Positions 1 to 8,692 are shown, counted from the whole stretch's first letter. The stretch: DNA of 63,974 nt, filler included, from an uncultured Gemmatimonadota bacterium (GCA_964490075.1; 5 parts of 4 records of this genome joined end to end with filler, not necessarily neighbours in it), one strand, 5' to 3'. Numbers and translations are program-made. Notes: a model not told the origin generated them from the letters alone.

Positions 1-85
1 TCGCGACTCTCGATCGAGAGTGGTGAGTTGTGACCAGAATCTGGCCGCAACCTTCCGCTCCCCGATCGGAGTCGCGAGTTACGAC
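1..85. repeat. GTAG-type REP doublet (REPIN-like hairpin), left end cut by the window edge
   Basis: 1-38 pairs imperfectly with 40-77 (centre ccaga-a-tctgg). The right end cgatcggagtcgcgagttacgac (63-85) is a near reverse complement of gtcgtagctcgcgactctcgatcg at 53232. Confidence 0.6.
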
Positions 86-176
86 TGGATTCCGGCCCGC
101 GGACTCCCGCTGGGCTCGCGCTTCTTCGCGGAGTGGGTCGCCGGCGAAGCGCCCTATCGAAACGCCGGACGCCTGG

Positions 177-353
177 CCACAATCCGCCACCTAATCCCTA
201 CTACGACGACGTATGTGATTGCGCTGGCTGCACTTGAGCCGGAACCTGGGGCTGCGAAATAGAACCACTATTCCTCGCCCCAGAACCCGGCCCAAGTGCA
301 GCCATCACAACCACCTACGCCGTCTCGCTACGGGATTAGGTGGCGGATTGTGG
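177..353. mobile_element. Foldback MITE-like element with 22-bp perfect terminal inverted repeats and a CTGG target duplication
   Basis: CCACAATCCGCCACCTAATCCC (177-198) / GGGATTAGGTGGCGGATTGTGG (332-353). The arms stay complementary to a 5-nt loop at 263-267. CTGG is present at 173-176 and 354-357. Confidence 0.65.
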
Positions 354-406
354 CTGGCGCTCGCAGTTGACTCCACGCCCGCTCCGTGCGAGATTAGAGC
401 TTTGCG

Positions 407-429
407 TTTATGCTCATTCTGAGCATAAA
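407..429. promoter_or_regulatory. NadQ-type operator upstream of nadA
   Basis: Perfect palindrome TTTATGCTCA-TTC-TGAGCATAAA fits the NadQ consensus ttATRCTCa-N3-tGAGYATaa. It lies 85 nt upstream of nadA and downstream of a TTGACT -35 candidate at 367-372. Confidence 0.8.
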
Positions 430-514
430 GCCCCGCGGGCCACGCACGAGCCCGCGCGACTCGGAATCGGAGCCGGGCGCCATGCGCTGGGCCGATTCCT
501 CGTGGAGCCGCCCG

Positions 515-1546
515 ATGTCGACCCTCTCTCCCCCGAGCCCCGAGCTCAGCTTCAGCCCCGCCGTCCGCAAGGCGACCGAGTCGATCTACCAGAAGGTGAA
601 AGGGGTCATTCCTGAGATCGAGTGGGCGGTGCACGCCCCCTATATCGCGGCGATCCACGAGCTGAAGAAGACCCGCAACGCCCTCTTGCTGGCCCACAAC
701 TACCAGACGCCCGAGATCTTCCACGGCGTGGCCGATCTGTGCGGCGACTCGCTGGCGCTGGCGCGCCAGGCGGCCGAGACCGAGGCCGAGGTGATCGTGC
801 TCTGCGGCGTGCACTTCATGGCCGAAACCGCCAAGATCCTCAGTCCCGACAAGACGGTGCTGATTCCCGACCTGGAGGCCGGCTGCTCGCTGGCCGATTC
901 GATCACCGCCGCCGACGTGCGCCTGCTGCGCACGCGCTATCCGGGCGTGCCGGTCGTCACCTACGTCAACACCTCGGCCGAGGTCAAGGCCGAGACCGAC
1001 GTCTGCTGCACCTCGGCGAACGCCAAGGAGGTGGTCGAGTCGCTCGGCACCGATCGCGTCATCTTCCTCCCCGACGAGTACCTCGGGCACCACGTGCGCA
1101 ACCACACCGAGGTCGAGGTGATTCTGTGGCAAGGGCATTGCGAGGTTCACGAGCAGTTCAGCGCCGCCGAGCTCAGGGAGTATCGCGAGGTCCATCCCGG
1201 AATCCAGATCATCGCCCACCCGGAATGCCCGCAGGATGTGCTGCAAGAAGCCGATTTCGTCGGCTCCACCTCGGGCATGATCGACTGGGTGGGGGAGCAG
1301 CGACCGGCCAAGGTGGTGATGGTGACCGAGTGCTCGATGAGCGACAACGTCGCCGTCCACTACCCCGACGTGGAGTTCGTGCGCCCCTGCAACCTCTGCC
1401 CGCACATGAAGCAGATCACTCTGCCGAAGATCCTGCACGCGCTCCAACACAACGAGCACCGGGTCGAAGTCGACCCCAACATCGCGAAGCGAGCGCGGCA
1501 GGCGGTCGATCGGATGCTCGAGGTCGGGCGCGGCAGGGGCGGCTGA
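515..1546 (+). CDS. nadA: Quinolinate synthase NadA
   Basis: Motifs [48 protein letters not shown] at 515 has GGAG upstream (ORF track starts at 410). Confidence 0.97.
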   Translation: MSTLSPPSPELSFSPAVRKATESIYQKVKGVIPEIEWAVHAPYIAAIHELKKTRNALLLAHNYQTPEIFHGVADLCGDSLALARQAAETEAEVIVLCGVHFMAETAKILSPDKTVLIPDLEAGCSLADSITAADVRLLRTRYPGVPVVTYVNTSAEVKAETDVCCTSANAKEVVESLGTDRVIFLPDEYLGHHVRNHTEVEVILWQGHCEVHEQFSAAELREYREVHPGIQIIAHPECPQDVLQEADFVGSTSGMIDWVGEQRPAKVVMVTECSMSDNVAVHYPDVEFVRPCNLCPHMKQITLPKILHALQHNEHRVEVDPNIAKRARQAVDRMLEVGRGRGG

Positions 1547-1556
1547 GGGCCCCCAG

Positions 1557-2666
1557 CTAACGAGAAAAAGGCGCGCCGCCCGCCAGGAAGAACGAGGGCA
1601 CCAGCGTCGCTTCGGGGGGATCCCCAACCACCGCCTGGAAGAAGGCACGGGTGCGCTCTCGGCGCTCCGGCGGCGCCAGTCCACTCACCAGGAACCAGGC
1701 GACGGCGCGCACGAAGACCTCGTCCGCGTCCCGGGAGGTATAGCCGAGCTCGTTCTCCGCCTTGGCCGAGCTGTAGTACATGAAGCGACCGCAGGCGGCC
1801 AACGCCTGCGCCCTCGTGGCCGCCGGCGCTCCCCCCCCGATCCACGCCTTGCCCTCCAAGGCCAGGGCGAGCGCCCACATCGGCCCGCGCCCGATCCGCA
1901 GACGCGGCGCCGCGCTGCCGGTGAGCTTGGAGAGGATGTTGGCCGCCTCGTAGATGGTGATGTTCCGTCCGCCCAGGATGTAGCGCTCGCCGACCCGGCC
2001 TCGCTCGGCCGCCAGCAGGTGACCGCGCGCCACGTCGTCGGCATCGACATGGCTCCTTCCGCCGCGCCAGTAGATCCAACCGCCGCGCTGCAGGTAGCGC
2101 AGCACCACTCGGTTGGAAGGGGTCGGCCGATGGTCGCCGGGGCCGAGCACCACCGCCGGATTGACCACCACCAGCGGCAGCTCCAGCTCGCCGGCGAGGC
2201 TCAGGGCGAGCGCCTCGGACTCGACCTTGGCGCGCCGGTAGACCTCGACCGGACGCCCGGCATGGTGCGATTCGTCGAGCAGCGCGGTGGGCGAGCGCGA
2301 GCTGCCGATGGTGGCACAGGACGAGGTGTGCACGATGCGCTCGAAGGTCCCGGCGGCGGCGGCCTCGCGCAGCAGATTGCCGGTGCCCTCGACGGCGGAT
2401 GCGTGGATCTGCGCCGCCTCGGAGGGCTGATGGCTGAAGCGGGTGGCGGTGTGGAAGAGATGCGTGCAGCCGCGCAGGGCGCTCCTCAGCGAGGGCTTGT
2501 CGAGCAGATCGCCGACCCGCAGATCGATCTGCTCCTCGACGGCGGAAAGCGAACGGAGATCGGAGCCCACACGCACCAGTCCCCGCACCTCGTGCCCCTG
2601 TTCGAGCAGTTGGCGGACGATGCGCGAGCCGATATGGCCGTTGGCTCCGGTGACGAGCGCTCTCAT
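1557..2666 (-). CDS. NAD-dependent epimerase/dehydratase (extended SDR, dihydroflavonol reductase/HpnA-like)
   Basis: MRALVTGANGHIG Rossmann motif, YxxxK (YRRAK), VNPAVVLGPGD, DDVARGH, GERYILGG. Confidence 0.88.
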   Translation of the reverse strand: MRALVTGANGHIGSRIVRQLLEQGHEVRGLVRVGSDLRSLSAVEEQIDLRVGDLLDKPSLRSALRGCTHLFHTATRFSHQPSEAAQIHASAVEGTGNLLREAAAAGTFERIVHTSSCATIGSSRSPTALLDESHHAGRPVEVYRRAKVESEALALSLAGELELPLVVVNPAVVLGPGDHRPTPSNRVVLRYLQRGGWIYWRGGRSHVDADDVARGHLLAAERGRVGERYILGGRNITIYEAANILSKLTGSAAPRLRIGRGPMWALALALEGKAWIGGGAPAATRAQALAACGRFMYYSSAKAENELGYTSRDADEVFVRAVAWFLVSGLAPPERRERTRAFFQAVVGDPPEATLVPSFFLAGGAPFSR

Positions 2667-2772
2667 GGAATGGAGCATGCACCGACGCCGGGCCCCGGTA
2701 AAGCGCGATGTGATAACGTGGCGCCCGACGATGAGAGATGAGTCCACCACCCGCGTCATATGAGGAATCCCG

Positions 2773-3024
2773 ATGGCCAACCAGGAAACCGTCATCGCCG
2801 ACATCGAGAAGAACGCCGAAGAGATCGTCCGCGCCCGAGTCACCGAGTTCCGCGGCCGTCACTACGTCGATCTGCGCACCTACTACCTGGCCGACGACGA
2901 CGAGTGGCGCCCGACCAAGAAGGGGATCTCCATCCCGGTGGAGAGCTTCGAAGAGCTGGAGACGGTTCTGGGCAAGGTGCGCGAGCACTTGAATGCGGCA
3001 CACCTGATCGGCGCCGACGCCTGA
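2773..3024 (+). CDS. PC4/p15 (YdbC-like) ssDNA-binding protein
   Basis: EFRGRHYVDLRTYY...WRPTKKGISIP is the PC4 signature. Confidence 0.88.
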   Translation: MANQETVIADIEKNAEEIVRARVTEFRGRHYVDLRTYYLADDDEWRPTKKGISIPVESFEELETVLGKVREHLNAAHLIGADA

Positions 3025-3026
3025 TC

Positions 3027-4085
3027 GTGGTGGCGCCCGGATCGGCGCTGGTCGAGGTCTTCCCGGCGTTGGCGGCGATCCCCCGACACCCCTGCGCCCT
3101 GCTGCCGACGCCGGTCGAGCCCCTCGAGGTCTTGGGGAGCGGCTGGGGGCTGCCGGAGCTGTGGGTCAAGCGCGACGATCGCTCGGGCCAGCTCTACGGC
3201 GGCAACAAGGTCCGCAAGCTGCAGTTCCTGCTGGGGCGGGCGCTGCAACAGGGCCGGCGGCGGGTGGTCACGGCCGGCGCGCTCGGCTCGCACCACAGTC
3301 TGGCCACCACGCTCTATGGCCGCCGCGCCGGTCTCGAGGTCGAGGCTTTGCTCTTTCCACAGCCGCCGACCGACCACGTGCGCGCCAACCTGGCGGCCAA
3401 CCTGGGGGCCGGGCTGCGACCGCTGCCGATTCCCACGCCGCTCCTGGTGCCGCCGCTCCTGGCGCTGCGCGGCCTGCGCGCCGACACCGCTCCGATCCCG
3501 GGTGGCGGATCGTCGGCGGTCGGGGTGATCGGCTACGTCGAGGCGGCCTTCGAGCTGGCGGCGCAGGTGCGGGCGGGCGAGCTGCCGGAGCCGGCCTGCG
3601 CGGTGGTCGCGCTGGGCACCGGCGGCACGGCGGCCGGGCTGGCGGTCGGGCTGCCCTTGGCGGGGCTGCGCACCCGGGTGCTGGCGGTGCGGGTGATCGA
3701 CCGGGTGATCGGCAACGCGCGGACCGTGCTGCGCCTGGCGCGCGCGGTGCAGCGCGAGCTGCGCCGCTTCGACCCGAGTCTGCCGCATCTGCGGGTGGCG
3801 GAGTGCGAGGTCGACCACCAGCAGTTCGGCGGCGGCTACGGCCGGTCGACTCCGGCCTGCGGCGACGCCGCCGATCTGGCCCGCGAGCTGGAAGGGTTGG
3901 AGCTGGAGACCACTTACACCGCCAAGGCTCTGGCGGCGATCGCGGCGCGCGCGCGCGAGGGTCGGCTGCCGCCGGGACCGGTGCTCTTCTGGAACACCTT
4001 CAGCTCGGTGCGTCCGCCCGGCTACGACCCGACGGGCGCGGCGATTCGCCACCTGCTGCCGAGGAGCTGGCGGGGGATCTTCTGA
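3027..4085 (+). CDS. PLP-dependent D-cysteine desulfhydrase / ACC deaminase family enzyme
   Basis: LWVKRDD, YGGNKVRKL (PLP lysine), PGGGSS, GTGGTAAGL, LETTYTAK. GTG start inferred right after the PC4 stop. Confidence 0.88.
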   Translation: MVAPGSALVEVFPALAAIPRHPCALLPTPVEPLEVLGSGWGLPELWVKRDDRSGQLYGGNKVRKLQFLLGRALQQGRRRVVTAGALGSHHSLATTLYGRRAGLEVEALLFPQPPTDHVRANLAANLGAGLRPLPIPTPLLVPPLLALRGLRADTAPIPGGGSSAVGVIGYVEAAFELAAQVRAGELPEPACAVVALGTGGTAAGLAVGLPLAGLRTRVLAVRVIDRVIGNARTVLRLARAVQRELRRFDPSLPHLRVAECEVDHQQFGGGYGRSTPACGDAADLARELEGLELETTYTAKALAAIAARAREGRLPPGPVLFWNTFSSVRPPGYDPTGAAIRHLLPRSWRGIF

Positions 4086-4096
4086 GCCGGCGGGGG

Positions 4097-4530
4097 TCAG
4101 TCCTTCGCATCGGTGGCGACGTGGGCGACCTTGACATGCTCCATCATGTGGCGCCCGATCCAGTTGGCGAGCACGTCGGCCGGCATCGGCGCCAGGGTCA
4201 GTGAAATGTCGCGGTTGCGGCCGTCGCGGTGCACGGTGTAGGTGACATCCTGACCCGGCTGCCAGTCCTTGCGCGCCTTGCCGATCTGTTTCTCGTTCTC
4301 CTCGCTGAGCTCGATGCCGTACATCGCGAAGAGGATGTCGCCCGGCTTCATTCCGGAGGCCTCGGCGGGACTGCCGGGAATCACTTTCGAGATTCGGTAC
4401 TTCTTGGTGGCCTCGTCGACCTCCATTTCGATGCCGACCCAGCCGGTCGTCTTCAGCTTGGTGGCCATCTTGTCGAGGCACTGCTGCGTGCTGGCGGTGC
4501 ATTCGTGGCCTTCGCCGGCGAGGGCGGAGC
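4097..4530 (-). pseudogene. PDZ-domain protein, apparently missing most of its signal peptide
   Basis: GWVGIEM...KVIPGSPAEASGMKPGDIL...VHRDG is a PDZ pattern. Only SALA-GEG remains upstream, with no hydrophobic leader or convincing start. Confidence 0.6.
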
Positions 4531-4714
4531 AGCTTCTGAAGCTGCCGCCGGAGCTCTTCACCGCGGGGTCGAGCGCGAGCCGACCCGAGCACTGGACGAC
4601 GGTCTCCACCGAGGGCCTGCGGCGGCTCTTCCTGGTCGACTTCACGAGCGCGGAGTTCGGGAGCTACCTGGTCTACGACCGGCGATCCGATACGCTCTAC
4701 ACCCCTCCGGCCTC

Positions 4715-4963
4715 CGACGAGAGCCTGGCGATGATCGTCGCTTCCACGGCATCGGCATCGCGGCAACGGAGCGGAAGCAGATCTTCGAGCGTTTTCACCG
4801 CGCGGCACGCGGCCCGGTGCACGATGTTCGGGGGAGCGGACTGGGGCTGACCATCGTGCAGCACATCGTGCGCTCCCACGGCGGCAGCGTGACGGTCGAC
4901 AGTCGCCTCGGCGTCGGATCGACCTTCTGTATCCGTCTGCCGATGGAGGAGGCGAGCCGATGA
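4715..4963 (+). pseudogene. C-terminal HATPase_c remnant of a sensor histidine kinase
   Basis: HGIGI...IFERFHR...GSGLGLTIVQHIVRSHGG...GSTF (G1/F/G2 boxes). No H-box or N-box upstream. ATGA overlap with the response regulator. Confidence 0.8.
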
Positions 4964-5640
4964 CGACCTTGCTGATCGTCGAGGACGACGACGCCATGGC
5001 GACCGCCTTGAGCGACGGATTCGAGTACGAGGGCTACGCGGTGCGGCGGATCGCCGATGGCGAGCGGGCGTTGCGGGAGATTCGTGCGGGAGCTCCCGAC
5101 CTGGTGATTCTCGATGTGATGCTGCCGCGGCTCAGCGGTCTCGAAATCTGTCGCACTCTGCGCAGCGAGGGGTCGCGGGTGCCGATCATTCTGTTGACGG
5201 CGCGCGGTCAGGAGGTCGACCGGGTGCTGGGGCTGAAGATCGGTGCCGATGATTATGTGACCAAGCCCTTCAGCTTCATGGAGCTGGCGGCGCGGGTGGA
5301 GGCGCTTCTGCGGCGCACGCGCCCGGGGCGAGACACGCAGCGGGTCCTCGACATCGGCGACCTGCAGATCGACCTGGAGAGCGGCGAGGCGCGGCGCGGG
5401 GATGAGCTGGCGCGGCTCACTCCGCAGGAGCTGAGGCTGCTGGAGTTCTTGGTGGCAAATCGCGGTCGGGTGCTCTCGCGGGAGCTGCTGCTGAGCTCGG
5501 TCTGGGGCCACGGCGCCGCGCCGCTGACGCGCACCGTCGACATGCACATCGCCCGGCTGCGGCGCAAGATCGAGCGTCACCCGCGGCGCCCCGAGCTGAT
5601 CGTGACGGTGCACCGGATGGGGTATCGGTTCAAGCTCTGA
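4960..5640 (+). CDS. OmpR/PhoB-family response regulator
   Basis: LLIVEDD, DLVILDVMLP, GADDYVTKPF, and winged helix RTVDMHIARLRRKIE...GYRF. Confidence 0.95.
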   Translation: MTTLLIVEDDDAMATALSDGFEYEGYAVRRIADGERALREIRAGAPDLVILDVMLPRLSGLEICRTLRSEGSRVPIILLTARGQEVDRVLGLKIGADDYVTKPFSFMELAARVEALLRRTRPGRDTQRVLDIGDLQIDLESGEARRGDELARLTPQELRLLEFLVANRGRVLSRELLLSSVWGHGAAPLTRTVDMHIARLRRKIERHPRRPELIVTVHRMGYRFKL

Positions 5641-5699
5641 GCTCACCGACGCAATTCCGCCCGCGGCCGCCCTCGGCAGTCGCGCCAGGTGGAAGATCG

Positions 5700-5776
5700 C
5701 GGCCTCGAGGCAACGCGAGAACCGGGCTTTCGCCCCGTGGATGTTGACCCGAATCATGACCTCGAGCCAGGTCATG
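5700..5776 (-). pseudogene. Phd/YefM antitoxin N-terminal remnant with operator-like palindrome
   Basis: MIRVNIHGAKARFSRCLE resembles the Phd start xNIHEAKxxLSxL. CATGACCT-N6-AGGTCATG (5755-5776) overlaps its ATG. Confidence 0.5.
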
Positions 5777-5834
5777 TCGTGGTACATGTCGATCGAGGGG
5801 CGGAGCGTGGCTGCCTTCGGAGTGATCCTGCTCG

Positions 5835-6167
5835 TCAATCATCCACCAGGCACGCGCCCCAGGGATTGATCTGCACCTCCTTGGGCTTGATCGGAGCGAT
5901 CTTCGTCACCCGCGTCTTTGGCGCCACCGCATCGATCGTTCCGGCATAGAGCTGCCCCTTGCCGAAGTGCATCACGAAGGGCACGCGCAGCCGGAAGCCG
6001 TCCGCGACCTTCTCCATCCGCACCTCGAGATCGACCGCGAACTTGCCCGCGTCGGTCTTCTCGACGTCGTGGTCGAAACGTACTTTCGGGATCTCGGTGC
6101 CGTAGACCCACTGGTCGAAAAACCACTGCATCGGCTCGCCGAAATGACGCGACACGCAGCCGATGAA
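5835..6167 (-). CDS. C-terminal part of an M1-family aminopeptidase-like protein (5' end beyond the contig edge)
   Basis: HFGEPMQWFFDQWVYGTEIP matches the WFFxQWxxGxxxP motif that follows M1 catalytic domains. Confidence 0.65.
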   Translation of the reverse strand, partial: FIGCVSRHFGEPMQWFFDQWVYGTEIPKVRFDHDVEKTDAGKFAVDLEVRMEKVADGFRLRVPFVMHFGKGQLYAGTIDAVAPKTRVTKIAPIKPKEVQINPWGACLVDD

Positions 6168-6267
6168 NNNNNNNNNNNNNNNNNNNNNNNNNNNNNNNNN
6201 NNNNNNNNNNNTTAATTAATTAANNNNNNNNNNNNNNNNNNNNNNNNNNNNNNNNNNNNNNNNNNNN
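6168..6267. other. Artificial contig spacer
   Basis: N-run containing TTAATTAATTAA (stops in all six frames). Confidence 0.99.
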
Positions 6268-6471
6268 CTGGCCTTTCATCCCCTCGGCACCTGCCGCATG
6301 GGAGCCTCGGCGGGAAGCGCGGTGGTCGACTTCGAGCATCGGGTTTTCGGCAGCGACAATCTTTACGTGGTGGATGGGTCGACCGTGCCGACCTCGCTGG
6401 GCGTCAATCCGCAGGTGACGATCATGGCGCTGGCGCTGCGGGCGGCGGAGTTGCTGGCGGAGCGACTCTAG
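6268..6471 (+). CDS. GMC oxidoreductase, C-terminal fragment
   Basis: Translates as LAFHPLGTCRMG...NLYVVDGSTVPTSLGVNPQVTIMALALRAA*. Not in the ORF track. Confidence 0.9.
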   Translation: MAFHPLGTCRMGASAGSAVVDFEHRVFGSDNLYVVDGSTVPTSLGVNPQVTIMALALRAAELLAERL

Positions 6472-6483
6472 GAGGCCCAGGTC

Positions 6484-7077
6484 TCAGCCAAACCGCCGGT
6501 AGGGTGTGTGACTGTAGTACTTCGGATAGGAATCTAGACGGATGTGCAGCCAGTAGACGCCTCCGCCCGCGGTGCTCAGCCAGAGCAGATGGTCGCTCAG
6601 GGAGCGTTCGACCGTCTCGCCCACGGTGCCCCACAGTGCATGCTGCTGCGCGGCTGGGGCGCCGCGCGAGAAGGACGCCAGGTGCGGGTAGGCCGCCTCC
6701 GGCGCCCGCGGAGCGGGAGCGACCAGGGTGGCATCGGCGCCCAGATTCGGGAAGACCGCGATCCCCTCGGGATCGGTCGCGCGCGCGAAGTGTTGCTCGA
6801 AGGGCCCGGACTCGGCGCCCGCGCCGGCCAGCGGCGGCGCATCGATCAGCACCTGCTCGAAGGGCCGGCCGGCGCATCCGCGATCGATCGGCGGGGTTTC
6901 CCAGTAGTAGGCGGCGTAGGGCGCGGCGGCCAACAGCTCGATGAAATGGTCGCGAAACGCCGCATCCAGGCGCAGCAGCCGCAACACCTCCTCGTAGCGC
7001 AAGACGCGCTCCCGATCCAGCAGCACGACGCGCCGGCCACGACGCCCGGAAAGCTCCTCGATGCGGCTCCGCCACAC
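6484..7077 (-). CDS. Conserved hypothetical protein (DUF6940-like)
   Basis: YYWETPP, FPNLGADATLVAP, and WLSTAGGGVYWLHIRLDSYPKYY tail. Family name is from recall. Confidence 0.7.
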   Translation of the reverse strand: MWRSRIEELSGRRGRRVVLLDRERVLRYEEVLRLLRLDAAFRDHFIELLAAAPYAAYYWETPPIDRGCAGRPFEQVLIDAPPLAGAGAESGPFEQHFARATDPEGIAVFPNLGADATLVAPAPRAPEAAYPHLASFSRGAPAAQQHALWGTVGETVERSLSDHLLWLSTAGGGVYWLHIRLDSYPKYYSHTPYRRFG

Positions 7078-7088
7078 GCCGGGCCGCC

Positions 7089-7604
7089 CTACTGAGGCGG
7101 GTCCAGGGGGGGCGCGCAGTCGACGCCGCCGCTGCTCCGAAGTGTCTCGACCGCGTGCGGCAGCACCGCCTCCAGCACCTCGAGTCCCTCGAGCACCGCC
7201 TTGGGCCCACCCGGCAGATTGATGATCAGAGTGGCGCCGCGAATGCCGGCGATGCCACGCGAGAGCATGGCGTGCGGGGTCTTCTTCAGGCCCTCGGCGC
7301 GCAGCGCTTCGCCGATTCCGGGCACCGCCCGCTCGATCACGTCGGCGGTCGCTTCGGGGGTCAGGTCGCGCGCCGTGAATCCGGTGCCGCCGGTGGTGAG
7401 GATGACGTCGGCGGCCGCGGCGTCGCAGCGCTCGGCGAGGAACCGGCCCAGCTCGCCGCGGTCGTCGGGCAGAATTCGGCGCTCGATCAGCTCTCCACCC
7501 CAGTGGTCGATGCGCTCGGCGATCAGCGCACCGCTGCGGTCGCTGCGCTCGCCGCGCGCGCCGGAATCGCTGGCGGTCAGAACGATGAAACGAATGGCTT
7601 GCAT
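7089..7604 (-). CDS. mog: Molybdopterin adenylyltransferase, MogA/MoaB family
   Basis: LTASDS, DRSG, TTGGTGFTARDLTPEAT, AMLSRG, INLPGGPKAV. Confidence 0.9.
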   Translation of the reverse strand: MQAIRFIVLTASDSGARGERSDRSGALIAERIDHWGGELIERRILPDDRGELGRFLAERCDAAAADVILTTGGTGFTARDLTPEATADVIERAVPGIGEALRAEGLKKTPHAMLSRGIAGIRGATLIINLPGGPKAVLEGLEVLEAVLPHAVETLRSSGGVDCAPPLDPPQ

Positions 7605-7811
7605 GGGTTCTCTTCTACCACGGCACGGCGCAGCGCGGGCCTCAAAACGCGCGCCAGCGATGGAGCTCCAAGGCCGGATCGTCCTCGACCGCGCCGGTGA
7701 TCGCCGGAGCGAGACGAACGCCGGGCGACTTCAGCACTTGGTTTCCCGGCTACCCGACCATTCCCGTGTTATTCATGGAGGAAGTCCCTGCCGGATTCGG
7801 AGAATTGGACC

Positions 7812-7967
7812 ATGGATTCAAGAGCATTGGAACTTGCGCTCGTCTCTCTCCTCACGCCCATCGCCGTGGCGTCGATCATCCACATCCCCGCGCACGAACC
7901 CAGCATCCAGGCTGGGATCGATGCCGCTGCCGACGGCGACACCGTCCTGGTGGCCCCGGGAACCTAC
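7812..7967 (+). CDS. Secreted right-handed beta-helix protein, N-terminus only (cut by contig end)
   Basis: Signal peptide followed by IHIPAHEPSIQAGIDAAADGDTVLVAPGTY, homologous to the starts at 43306 and 59425. Confidence 0.8.
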
Positions 7968-8067
7968 NNNNNNNNNNNNNNNNNNNNNNNNNNNNNNNNN
8001 NNNNNNNNNNNTTAATTAATTAANNNNNNNNNNNNNNNNNNNNNNNNNNNNNNNNNNNNNNNNNNNN
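7968..8067. other. Artificial contig spacer
   Basis: N-run containing TTAATTAATTAA. Confidence 0.99.
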
Positions 8068-8388
8068 CTCCTTCAGCCTCTCGGCGACCGCGGCCACCTC
8101 GCGCAGCAGGTGGTCGACGTAGCTCCGCATCTTCTCCCGGTCACGGGTCGCCACCATCGTGCAGCCGCAGAAGGTGCACTTGGTCTCACAGAAGGGCAGG
8201 TGCAGATAGAGCGCCAGCGGCTCCGACGATCGCTCGGCCACAGAGTCGAGGCGCGCCGCGTACTCGGCCGCTCCGACTCCCTCGTGAAACGAGGCCGCGG
8301 TCGGATAGCTGGTGTAACGCGGCGCCGGCCGATCGTGGCGCAGCAGCGCCTCGGGTGTGATCGGTGGGGGAGAGGGTGTGCCTGTCAT
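8068..8388 (-). CDS. hemN: Oxygen-independent coproporphyrinogen III oxidase, N-terminal part
   Basis: PRYTSYPTA and LYLHLPFCETKCTFCGC (radical SAM CxxxCxxC). Truncated by the contig edge. Confidence 0.92.
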
Positions 8389-8528
8389 GCGGCTCTCGGA
8401 GCGGTGCCTCGTCGATTCTCGTCCGGGCGCCGGTCGGTCCGGGCGCGGGATCCAAACCTCCCATCTTACGCCCTTCGGCAGGACCGCCGGCCATCCGCGA
8501 TTCGCCCCCTCCCCGTCATTCCGGCCCG

Positions 8529-8692
8529 CCCCCTCCCCGTCATGCCGGCGAAGGCCGGAATCCACAGCCCTCGCCTCCGCCACCGCATGCCCCGCGGGCC
8601 CCGCCGCGCAGACAGCCGCAATGGCGTGATCCGCCCAGGGTGCCGCGCCGAAGTACTGGATTCCGGCTTTCGCCGGAATGACGGGGGAGGGG
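8529..8692. repeat. CGTC-type REP doublet ('VIPAKAGIQ' palindromic element)
   Basis: cgtcatgccggcgaaggccggaatcca (8538-8564) is inverted against tggattccggctttcgccggaatgacg (8657-8683), with matching C/G-rich flanks. A partial third copy starts at 8514. Confidence 0.85.

Noticed and set aside
177..353. Integron attC site
   Set aside because: The core reads ACCTAAT/ATTAGGT rather than RYYYAAC/GTTRRRY, the inverted repeat extends beyond it, and there is no cassette array or integrase.
20..422. Short ORFs 20-262 and 219-422
   Set aside because: They run through the REP and foldback elements and show no recognisable motifs.
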